A stretch of 64,000 nucleotides of DNA, taken from the NCBI GenBank assembly GCA_964199315.1, contig OZ116703.1, forward strand, positions 31,806,001 to 31,870,000, written 5' to 3'. Positions 45,885 to 56,951 of the stretch are shown here, piece by piece. Position 1 is the stretch's first letter. Every line of letters begins with the position of its first letter. Source of the DNA: Orbicella franksi. Lineage: Eukaryota. The position numbers were made by a program, and so were the translations under genes. A model generated the notes under the pieces. The model saw nothing but the letters and a program-made list of their open reading frames with translations. It ran no database searches and was not told the origin of the DNA.

Positions 45885-46804
45885 CATCCCTTTGCCATGT
45901 GGGTACTATGTATACGGGACTTCTTGGGCGAGGGAAAATCTTACATTAGATTACAAAGGTAGTGAACAGTATCAAAGGTACAGTGAAGTATGTTCTGATG
46001 GAGCAGGGGTTTCTTAAGGGACTGGGCACCGGGCAAGTTGACTGGTTGTGAAGACGATTTTGCCCCCCGGGTTTGACCATCCAGCGGAAAGTGTTTCTTA
46101 CAAAGAAGTTCAGTTCTGATAGTTTTACCCGCCTTGCCCTCTGGCGAAAAATGTTAACGAAACCACTGATAGAGTGAGGTACTGCTGTTCCAAGTTGCAA
46201 CCCATTTTAGCCTTTTCTTTGCCAAACTTTGACAGTACTCAATAGGCTGTTCTTATTCAAATGGTTTACTGCTGTTGTAATATTGTGAGAATAACCAAAA
46301 ATGTGTTCTTTCATTTGCAGGGTTTTCCATTTCAATGGGAACGAACATGAAATATGTGATGGACAAATATTGCGGCCAATATTATATTTAAAGTTGAAGA
46401 TAAAATAAAGATTGATTAACTTTACTTCTCGATAACATTTATTGGGTGGTTACGTTAACAGAAAATTGAAGTACTCTACTGGTGTGGTATATGAACTCGT
46501 TGCATAAGTACTGCTTGTGGCTGTTTATTTAAATGAACAAAATAGTAAGGTGAGGTGGGATAGGATTTTGTGCTGCCATTCTGATCGTGGTGTTTTTTAC
46601 CAGCTGTTTTTGAGGCCCCTTTTCTTTTTCCTGTTATGAGCATTAACTGAAATTTCTCTGTGAAAATTCTTGGCTTGTCATGTATGGTGCAAGAAAACCG
46701 AGGGAAAAGGATATAACTTGGTTGTATGTGATAATTGCAGAACATTTCTAACTGTCCAGTGATGTAAACCATCTGCTCAGCATGTTTATTTAGTATCGGT
46801 GGAG

Positions 46805-47451
46805 TAAGCCAGTCCTCACTTGTGACCCAAGCATAAACATAAGCATGAGGAGCTTATGCGCTAGTGAGGACAGCCGCGACATAAGCATAAGCTTTCTTCT
46901 TATGCTTATGCTTATGTTCAGTGAGGACATCGTTGACATAAGCATAAAGTGCTTGCTGATTGGCTGATAGTCATGGGCTTATGTTTATGTTTATGCCAAC
47001 ATGTCCTCACTGCACACAATAGCGACATGAGCATGAACATAAGAAGAACGCAAGGTTTTGATATTGTTTTGCTTATGCTTCTGTCATGGCTGTCCTCACT
47101 GGAGCATAAGCTTCTTTTATTATGCTTATGTTTATGCTTCTGTCATGGCTGTTCTCACTAGAGCATAAGCTTCTTTTATTATGCTTATGTTTATGCTTCT
47201 GTCATGGCTGTCCTCACTAGAGCATAAGCTTCTTTTATTATGCTTATGTTTATGCTTCTGTCATGGCTGTCCTCACTAGAGCATAAGCTTCTTTTATTAT
47301 GCTTATGTTTATGCTTCTGTCATGACTGTCCTCACTAGAGCATAAGCTTCTTTTATTATGCTTATGTTTATGCTTCTGTCATGGCTGTCCTCACTAGAGC
47401 ATAAGCTTCTTTTACTATGCTTGTGCTTGCGTCGCTAATGAGGACCAGGCT
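46805..47451. mobile_element. Harbinger-like MITE containing a 59-bp minisatellite
   Basis: Left end aagccagtcctcacttgtgacccaagcat resembles the reverse complement of the right end (aagcctggtcctcattagcgacgcaagcac). 59-bp units start at 47104, 47163, 47222, 47281, 47340 and 47399. Confidence 0.7.
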
Positions 47452-49302
47452 TTAACTTCAACCAGAACAAAACACTGATCAGTGAAAAATGGTGAGAGAG
47501 AAATTTTCATGTCGGTACAAGTACTTTTTTTTTTTTTTTCCAATATCTGGATTGACGACTTCCGTTGCATTGAAGTGATGACTGACATCGATATACGATA
47601 GTGGATATTTCATTCACCACTGATTACATATTGCAGTAGCAATTTTACATGTGATGGCAAGAAATGTGAACACTGCAACCACCATTATGGTACAGTTCGG
47701 TCAAACGTTGAAAATCATCTATAGAGAAATGTGGCCCTTCACAGTAACTTGCAGAAGGATTAACCTGCTGGTAAACTTTGTTTTGCACAAGGTAGTTTGT
47801 TAACTTTCCTGTCAAACCTACCTAAATATCATTTGGTGAAGTTGGTTTCAACAATGCTCTATATCGTGTATGAAGTATACCAAGCTGCAGAAGAAACATA
47901 TTTATATTGGATCAGCACTTCCGAGCCGGTATCAAAGACAACCGGGCGACAAACATAACCTTCATAAAAGCCGCAGGAAAGATATGCTTATAGCTTTGTA
48001 CGTGAAATGAATGAACCACATTTCCTGTAATTTAGACAAACTACCGCAAGATATGGTTTCACTTCCGGCTACTGTCAGCACAGTCGGGGAACTCCCGTTC
48101 AGTGTCTGAATGAACTTGATGTAGTTTGTTTATTATTTGGTTTCGAATTTTTGTGCCAGCTATGAAGGATTTTTATAAACCAGTTAGAATTTGAGAGGGC
48201 TTCGACCCGTGTTTCCGCTTCTGTATCCGGACCGGGCCTCGTGCAAAACCTTTGATACGAAAATGTGTTTGAATTACATGAAAATGAACCTGTAGAGGGA
48301 ACGCATTTTCATATGAGTCTGGTTTGGCGTAGTCTCTTCCGCAGCCGTTTTTTGGGATGTCACGCAACGCTTCCCCCAAAGAAACGGCTGCTGTTGCATA
48401 CCACAAAACGACTGCGGAGGAGACTAGGTTTGGCGCGAACCCGCAGGAAGTACTCCCCAAAGTTTTTGGTAGTAGGAGTTTGAGGCCCGCGCCTTGGAAC
48501 CCTTGCCTTATCTCAGACCTGAGCCAGAAAACGTTACACCATTTCACATCTCTAAAGAAGTACATGGCTCTAACACATGACCGCAGCTAACTAGAAATGG
48601 CTGCCATTAGCGTAAACATTTGAGAAGGGCTTCCACTCAAAACAGCTCAAAGACCATACCCTTAACTGGAGGCCGTACATTCCTAAATAACCCATATAAG
48701 AGAGTAATCCCCCAGAGGGAAGGGAAGGGAGGGTGGAGGGGGGGGGGGGGGGTTCAGGAAGCTTCGTTTTCCAACATGCAGGAAGCAACTCGTATAAAAT
48801 GGCCGCCTATTTACACATCTTGCGCTGCCTAAGATCGGTGAGGCCGGTATATCGCACATATCGATCAAGTCACTTTGACGAGACAGCTTTCGAAATCTGC
48901 TTGTTGATACTCGGGTAATGTTTGACTGTATTATAAGAATTGAAGATTCGTCGATATTTGAAAGTCCTTCTAAGGTGTTCGGTCATTATACGGAAAATGG
49001 TATTTGAGTAAGAAATTGTTTTCGTAGTGAACTATTTCGTTTCCGGCTGTCATGATGGTATAATGAACCGGATAGATCTTTCCTAGTGAGCAATGCAATT
49101 TTTAAAGTCATTAATATATGGAACAGACCATTATTCTTTAATATCGGTAGGTCATGTAATCAGGCATGTCTGTCTGCTCATGCAGTGTTGGATTTCCTAA
49201 TGGCTGAAACTCGAAATTCACTGACAATAGTTTTCCAAGCTTGCATGCATCAGATAATCGCGGACTTCAAACTAACCTCAGATTAAACTGCTGGCATCTA
49301 AG

Positions 49303-49611
49303 CCCGGAGGGGGAGAGGGGGAACTCCCGTATAAAAGAGACGGGGGTGCTCGTCGGAAGTTTTGAAAAGAGCCCCTTTAGAGGTACCAAGATCCTGTTTT
49401 GTGGGCGTGGCTTAAAATGTTTTCACCTTAAATAGGTACTAATTCTAAAACGGCACATAATCTGTCATATTTTGTTCGGCTCAATACCCTAAAAGTTACC
49501 GCAAAAGCTCCTGCAGTGGACCCCCGGAGTGGACCTTTTGAGACTCTACACCCTACGAGGTACCAAAACTGCCTTTTTAAACCCAGAAAGGTACGACGAG
49601 TCCCCCCCGGG
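49303..49611. mobile_element. CCCGG...CCGGG MITE with 8-bp TSD
   Basis: Flanks catctaag and catcaaag (7/8); body shared with 26859-27127. Confidence 0.7.
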
Positions 49612-51109
49612 CATCAAAGTCATTCACATCCCATTAGATGGACGGATTAAGAGAGTGAAATAGACGCTACCTTCTTTTTTTCCTTCCGTAGATTAAAGAA
49701 GCTTGTAAATGCGGTTAATTACCGCAACTTTTTTGACTGCGGCCCAAATTTTCAAATGCTCGCTAACAAATTATCACTGACTTATATCTCCCCGTTTTAC
49801 CACTGACTTAGTGACAGTTGACAAACAGCCAAAAAAAGAATTAGCTGATAGATGGCTGACTTCCCAACAAAGGCACTCCAAACACCATCCTGTTGGTAAA
49901 TGAAAGTATACAAAGAATTCGATGCTTATAAAGACTTAAACGTACCATGTATTCGTATCCGGTAGTTCGAGACGAAAAAATGTTGTAGCTGGCATTCATT
50001 TTATTCGCAAACATTTTGATGGTCAACATTCTTTTCCGGTTTTTGCACCGCAAATCCCTCCGAAAAACCACAAGATAAAGTTAAAGCGATAGGATTTTCC
50101 CCAAGAAGCGTGTTAAAAGAGCTCAATTACTTACTTTAAGGTTTACATTGGAGATTATCGCCTTAAAAAGTGTATCAATGTCCGGGCACGTACATCGTAA
50201 GCCGATTGTAAGACCAGATTCTGTTAGTTTCAGTTGATTTTGCAGAGTGGGCTTGTCTTGTCGGGCCGTGAAGGAAACCCGCAATGATTTTTTTCACATT
50301 TATTTTTGACCAGCCTTCTACATCCAATTATAAGTCAATATTTGTATCACTCGTTATGAACTATACTAATTACAGGTCAATATATACAGGTGTGTAGGAT
50401 GAAAAGGTTTGTGTTTCTCTGTCTGAGAAATCCGCCGCAAGGCATTCGTTCAACTATCAAACCTCCCACCCTCGTGAATTGATGAAGTCTTTCAGCAAGA
50501 CTGTTAGTTAATCGTAGGGGAAAATGCAGACCGTTTCCAAGCCTTCATCCAAGCGGAGACACTGGTGAAGATTGCTCTAATTTGACGCGTTTTTCATTTA
50601 TTTATTTTCCTAGTTCGCGTGTTTGTTTCGCCCATGACTTGAGAAACGTGACTGCGGAGTCCAACTCTGTGTATATTAATTTATCGACTACGAGACATAG
50701 CTGTTTTTTTTTTCCGTTGGTCTCACTGTGCTTTTAAAGCGTAGGAGAGAGTTCATGGGTTGCGAAAACTGACCATAGCTTATTTCAAGATAGTGCCCCA
50801 GCTAGAATTCTTTCGCCGCCTCATCTTTAATATATCTGATTGCAAGATAGCATGATAACCTGTGCGTTACAACACTGTGTGGTCTGAAACTATCTCTTCA
50901 CATTCCTCGTCGTAACGATGAAGGTCCAGTTATCAAAAGAGATTAAGGTAGTCATCGGGAAGGACAAATACAGGTTTTGTAAGAATTTCTGCGTTTGGGC
51001 CGAAAAGCGATTCGAGTTTAAAAACGTTCTTGAAATGTTCCCGTCAAAGTTTTCATGTTTAAAGAAGTTTATAAGTTAATTAAATCACCCCGAAATAAGT
51101 TGGACTTGT

Positions 51110-51505
51110 GCATTTACACGTGAGTGTAGATACACGTGTATATACACCGTACACGTGTATCTATACTATACACGTGTTGCCATTAAAAAATACAGCCACT
51201 CAGAAGACAGGAAGCCTCCAACCTTCTCATTATGTATCCGCGCGTATGTCACATTTTCTGTCTTGGCCACTGAATATTCTATGGCATGCTATAAAATAGT
51301 TATGCAATGCTCTCTCGTGATATACCATGGAATATCCACTTGTCACTTGTGCTCGAGTGGAAACAGGGAAAAGAATAAATAATAGATAGCTGTTACTTAA
51401 AAGAAAATACAAGTGAGTCGTGGGATAGTCCGTGGTATACCACGAGAGAACATTGCATAACTAGTATATAGTCACTATACACGTGTATAAACACTATACA
51501 CGTGT
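51110..51505. repeat. Foldback/inverted repeat with six CACGTG motifs
   Basis: Arms 51297-51350 and 51409-51463 match at 47 of 55 aligned positions. CACGTG occurs at 51117, 51133, 51152, 51171, 51480 and 51499. Confidence 0.7.
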
Positions 51506-51688
51506 CCGGTGCTGTCATGAGATGGCAGTGCTGGTAATCCCCTCTCCAGGAAAGGGGAAGGGGTACTCCACAAAGCCGGAGTGAAGCTTTACAGGTCAAT
51601 ATATGTAGGATGGAATGGATGGATGGATGGAATCTTTTATTTAAACTTGGAGCTTTATCAAATTAAAACCGGCGTACAAGTTTTAGGC

Positions 51689-52113
51689 TACGAGGAGGGG
51701 GGGGGGGTACTCCCTCATATGGGCTATACAGGTATGTGCGGTCCTAAAGGGTATGGTTTTTCAGCCATTTTGGTCATAAATAGGGTATGGTTTTTGCACT
51801 CTAGCCTTGATATGGGTATGTTTTTAAAAAGGAGCCACTTTTTCGTCATTATCGAAAAGAAAATCAACAAAAGCCCTTCACAAATTATGTTTACGGTAAT
51901 TTAACATTGGTCTGAACTCGGGAACTTATTACAACGCAGGTCTGAAACAGGGTTTTGATTTAAGGGTATGGTCATAAATAGGGTTTCGAATTTTTGGTCA
52001 GGTCATTTAATAGGGTGGGGAATACCGCAGATTTTGGTCATAAATAGGGTAAGGGTTTTGGGAAGCGGGTCGCACACCCCCACCCGATTTTTCTGGGAGT
52101 ACCCCTCCCCAGG
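51689..52113. mobile_element. GGGGTACTCCC...GGGAGTACCCC MITE with 8-bp TSD
   Basis: Identical TTTTAGGC flanks at 51681-51688 and 52114-52121; subterminal inverted repeat ggggtactccc/gggagtacccc. Confidence 0.65.
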
Positions 52114-52217
52114 TTTTAGGCCTATATCCTTTCATGTACCTTTCGCAGAATACGATAGAAATAATACCTTTTGCACGAAACCGCATAAGCAATATTGCGT
52201 CCATTTTCTAAACTGTT

Positions 52218-52250
<33 letters not shown>

Positions 52251-52440
52251 TAACTTTATTTAAGTGTCAGGCTAAAATAGCAGTAATAAAACCACTAAAT
52301 GGAATAAAAATTGAGTAACACTTTTTATTCGTTACATTCTTTTGGTTGTGTACTATCAACTAGCTACTAACTAATTTTCAATATTTTACAAAATACCTTG
52401 ATTTAAGGTGTGTCTCGAGATCGTCATGCAACGTTGTCAG
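52218..52440 (-). mobile_element. 3' end of a LINE/SINE in minus orientation with (TTAC)n tail
   Basis: Eight TAAG units (52218-52250) next to TTTATT (AATAAA on the minus strand, 52255-52260). Far boundary approximate. Confidence 0.5.
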
Positions 52441-55400
52441 ATCTCTGATGTATCGCAGGTCAACTGCGCTTTCACTTGTTACTGTCAAAGTGCCTTACAA
52501 GGTTTATCGGCTTTACATGAACAGATGAATGAATCCTTACTGTGTGACCAGTCAAATAACAGTAATCTAGCATTATAGTTTCATTTGCTACTGTTAAAGT
52601 GCTCTGCAAGGTTTATCCGCTTTATATGAATGAATCTTTAGTGTGTGACCATTCAAATAACAGCTATCGAACAGTACTTTCATTTGGTCTCTATTGCAAC
52701 TCAAGGTGATTCCAACTCGCTAGTTTTTTGTATGAACTTCGAACATTCATCTCAAGTAGGTCATGAGATCGCCGTTCAACATGTTTGGAAAAACTCTGAC
52801 ATGAAAAAAACATAGTTCACATATCGTATTCCAGACAGCTGTCAAACGTGAAACGTGACTGATGAATTGGGCAGTCGACTTCATTGCATTTTAGTGCCAC
52901 AGATATGTGACGTTTATTTTCATTGCCGTGTTTGGACTTAACTTTCGTGCATGCCTCTTGTCGGATGACGGAATGCCTCCCATTTCCTCCGTATTAGACT
53001 GAAAAATGTGAAGAAGTTAAGTTGGCATGACAAATATGTGCCAGTTATTTACTGCATGTGGAAGAACGTCTGAGAGCGAAGCGATAATTGATGCTAGAGT
53101 TCATAGTTCAGTAGTCGTTTCAATTCTTGATACACTCAAGCTAATTCGAGGCCAATTCCACAGAAGAGCGCCACTGATGTTGGTCTGCAAGCCGTGTCCC
53201 ACTACATATTCTTCTGCTTTTTGTTCACATTTCGTGTCGTATTTCCCAGCTCTCTTATTGCCTCGCGTGACTTTACTTTACGTGCAAATATTACTGGGAT
53301 TAGCTAGATTCGATTGCATACAAACGGGTGTTGCGAAGATGACCTTAATTGCAATAAATCTATAGACAAGTGACAGTTAGGTGGCTGTTTTGTGGGATGA
53401 GAGTCTAACGTCGCTTTTCAACCATCTTTGCGTGTCCAGCAGCAGCCGGACCCTCGGCATTATTATAACTCGGAGGGCAAATTTCCCCTTCTCCCTCAAC
53501 TTATAACATGGGGGACAAATTTTCCCCTCCCCCTCTTCACATACCACACCCCCGGTTGAGGGTTATCCTGGAAAGCGGAATTTAAAGAGTAGCAATATTC
53601 CCATTGGCCCACCCTGTTTCAATTTGGCGTGACGGAACTTGGCCGGAAAATCACTGAACGAAAGGGATCTGTAGAAAGAAATCTAAGTCCTGACTTGTGT
53701 CGCATTTCTTCAGTTGCCAGGCCTTTGAATGCACTCTGACGGTGATAGACGATTAACTAACGGCTAGTGTGAAAAAATGAAAAAAAAAAAAAAAAAAATC
53801 AAGTCAAATTACAAGCATGTCAATATCATAAACTGATTTCTCCATACTGATCTGTATGCGTTTCTTGTAGTTCTGGTTGTTTATCTTGACCGTGTCACCC
53901 AGCCGTTAACTTGGTTATTTCCTTGACGCTGAGCTGTCTCCCAGAATTTGCACGGACTTTTTGAGAATCGCGAATTGAGATAACTGAAACCCGCAGGGTG
54001 TCTTGCAGCCCTGGCTTGAAGGGCAATTGCAGTGATTTGTCTTCATGTTCCAAAATTATGCTTCAGTACCTTGGCTCGTAAACGAAATGCTCTCAGAACA
54101 CCGGCACCAAGAAGGAGATATTACGCGAATTGTGGAATAAATTGTTTAGTTTTTTTTTTTCAAGACTTTGATAAAGACCGTTAGACTTTTTTAAGTTGAC
54201 ATCACAAATTAATGCATGCGTGATATTATGGCGCCTCTTTTTATAGCTTCGGTGCATTTATTTATACAGGAACTCTGACCAACTCCTCTTTTTTTCGAGG
54301 TCACGCTGATGATAATTAATGCACGTTTAATGTTCTTATAATATCAAATGGGCAAAACGAAAACGTCATATTAACAATAAAAAACGTTCCCGCCTTTTCA
54401 GTCTCGTTGAGAAGAGAATTCTGTTGACGGAAAATATACGAAAAACGCCTTCATTGCAGGCTAACTGCACCCAACGTCTTCGACCTCTCTTTCAACTACG
54501 AGTCCAACATTTCTTACATCCTGTCGCCGTTGTTTCCGCTCGCCAATTTTCACGCTGGCTGAGTTTAAAGGACCCGTCTCATGCATTGCTATTTTCAACT
54601 CAATAACCACTTTCGATTTCTATTTCAGTATGTTGTTTAGTGTTTTTAATTGTTCATTTGGATTAACCTCAACCTTTCCGCTCTTGAATATTCATTTATG
54701 AAACAGCCGACGATATAATTGCTTGCGGAGCTGCATCCTGTCGCAGTTAGAAATATTGCCAGGCTTTATTTAAGACTACGGTTATTTCAAACTTCTGCTT
54801 ATTATAAATGGTTGTTAAAATGGTGTGTCATCGGGCGGTTTTCGGGATTTACGCTTCCTCTATATATCAAGATCTTGAGGTACAACGGACGGACCAGAGG
54901 AAAACTATTAGTGGAGTACTTGATTCCGCAGAGCAAACCTGTTCAGTTTTGTTCTGCATGTATAACTCACCCACGAGTAACTTTGGGGCCGGTCTTTTTG
55001 CAATTTGGAAAACAGTAAAATGTTGTTCCGTTTGTAAAAGCCGGCCCATTTAAAACAAACACCATTGCCTAAGGTTATACGGTGAATTGGTCCAAGATTA
55101 ATGCAAAGAGCTTCGAGTTGGTTGTAATTTTTTGCATGGACGAAACACTTTTCTCCGCGGTCTAATCTGAAAATAGCCGCGGTATCGCGGTACGTGCCAA
55201 GCATTTAATAAACCGAGGTTCGTCCACCACAACAAAGAGAATTAATTTGCTTGCACTCTTGAGGTACCCGGGTGTGTCCACTCAGCCGGAAGCCATTTTA
55301 TATACGCTAGATCAGCGTGGAAGATTTCGCTCATTGTTTGATTGTTAATTACAGGAAACGTGGATTATTTTAGAACACGTTTCAAAACAATTTAGATTTC

Positions 55401-56919
55401 AATTTTATGAACTCATCATGTGCAATATTATGCTCTTTAGGTTGTGGGTTCTGCTTGTTTTGAGTACAAAACAATCGGCAAGTACAATTTGACCGCTCGT
55501 AGATAAATTTAGTGCATCAGTATTTTTCGGCTTGCGGTTATTATGCTGGCCCAATGTAAATATTGTTGTTTCGTTTATAGTTCGCGCTTTGGGTGCAGCT
55601 TAATATAGCTTGTTTAGCTTGTTTCAGACAATGTTATTGCATAACAAGTTTACTGAAGAAAAAACAACGGCTGACTGCTTTAGCCGGACTCCTTTGAGTA
55701 TCGTCTTTGCACGAATGATAGTTGGTAATGCCCAGCAACGAGATATGAAAACACTCCCTCTTAAATTATATCAAAAGCTTTTTCCAGAATAGTACAAAGT
55801 TTCGTGGCCGGGAAATCTTTATCCGTAATTTGACGGGATTCGAAATTGCCGATCACTTTGCCAGGAAACTGTTGTTATCAAACCGTTCATAATTCACCAC
55901 ATTTAAACAAAGGATTTTATTTGATTTCTGATCTTGATAAGCACTTTTTTTTTCGATTTTATTCCACCGATTTCTCCTTAGTTTTATACTCCATTGCGTG
56001 TCGTTTGTTAAACTCTCTTGTCGGTGTTTGGAAATGTAATCAAAGTTTGATTCATTACTTAAAGATCGAGGTTGATTTTCGGAATTTCCCAGACGAAAGA
56101 GTGCTCATTCAGCACCAGACAGTACTTTATAAAATATTAAATCAGCTTGCTAGGGTTATAATCACCTACTGTGTACAGGTAACTAGCTTATGGCTTATCA
56201 TGAACGCGCATTAGAGTTTTTCATTAGCTGTACACGTAATACAAAACCTTTTAAGCACTGATAACCTCGTGTTATTTCCTTTTTAAAATTTTAACTGGCA
56301 AATTTAAGGAGTGAAGTAGTGAACCTAAAACTTCTCAGTAAAACTGAAACATAACACTGTATAAGGCGAAGAAGACTTCACAAGTTGCAACGAGATAGTA
56401 AGGAGATTATTGACTTTGGTCGGGAAGATCACTATATAGTGGGTAGTTTCTTTCCTTCCCGTTCCGAGATAATCCATCCCTGAAAGCAAATTAGTGTAGT
56501 ATTTAAAAATGAAAGGCCTTAAGTCAAGAATTATTATCATACTTTCCAACTCATCCATACATGTTTTGCATTTCTTTTCCCAGCCGGGAAATTTTTACCC
56601 TCTCTCGCTCTGCAAGGCGTCCTAGACCGCCCAAGATTGAAACTTCAAGGCCCATGATAAGTCAATCAAGCATCACAGTAGGTAGCAAATTATCTGTCTT
56701 ATAATCAGATTTACGAGTTTCCCCAAGGTATGAGTAAGAATTCCCCCGGTTATTTGCCCCCCCCCCCTCCCCCTCCCCTCTTATCTTCCCGTCGAGCTTG
56801 ATATGAAAGGTCCATGTATAGCAAAACATGGCGAAGACGTAGCCCTTAGATTTATTGACCCGTCTATCTCATTCAATAAGAAAAAAGGTCCGCACCGCTA
56901 ATTAATATCTTCCACGTGG

Positions 56920-56951
<32 letters not shown>

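Larger units (their letters stand above)
40010..46425 (+). ncRNA. Non-coding multi-snoRNA host gene (GAS5/UHG-like), at least 10 short exons
   Basis: Inferred exons: ~40010-40055, 40733-40809, 41601-41614, 41852-41893, 42585-42636, 43628-43674, 43888-43952, 44174-44220, 45684-45708, possibly 45950-45987, and terminal 46321-~46425 with AATAAA at 46404-46409. Exons between 42786 and 43627 are unresolved. The spliced ORF from ATG 40025 stops after 52 codons in exon 4. Nine C/D snoRNAs lie in the introns. Confidence 0.8.

Noticed and set aside
46047-46120. GTGAAGA...CTGA as a C/D snoRNA
   Set aside because: Only about 8 nt of possible rRNA complementarity and no terminal stem.
45610-46170. U17/snR30 suggested by AAACCA(T/C) motifs
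   Set aside because: The paired AUAUUCCUA motif and the required arrangement are absent.
15672-46425. Functional link between SMCHD1 and the adjacent snoRNA cluster, by analogy with mammalian silencing of the Snrpn/SNORD116 region
   Set aside because: These snoRNAs are housekeeping rRNA guides unrelated to the imprinted families; adjacency alone gives no support.
47063-47420. CRISPR-like array
   Set aside because: Units abut with no unique spacers, there are no cas genes, and the context is eukaryotic; it is a minisatellite.
47575-47623. GTGATGA...CTGA as a further snoRNA
   Set aside because: About 50 nt, beyond the host poly(A) signal, with no flanking splice sites or recognisable guide.
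56920-56948. 29-nt poly(A) run as a retrocopy tail
   Set aside because: No upstream poly(A) signal, coding remnant or TSD recognised.
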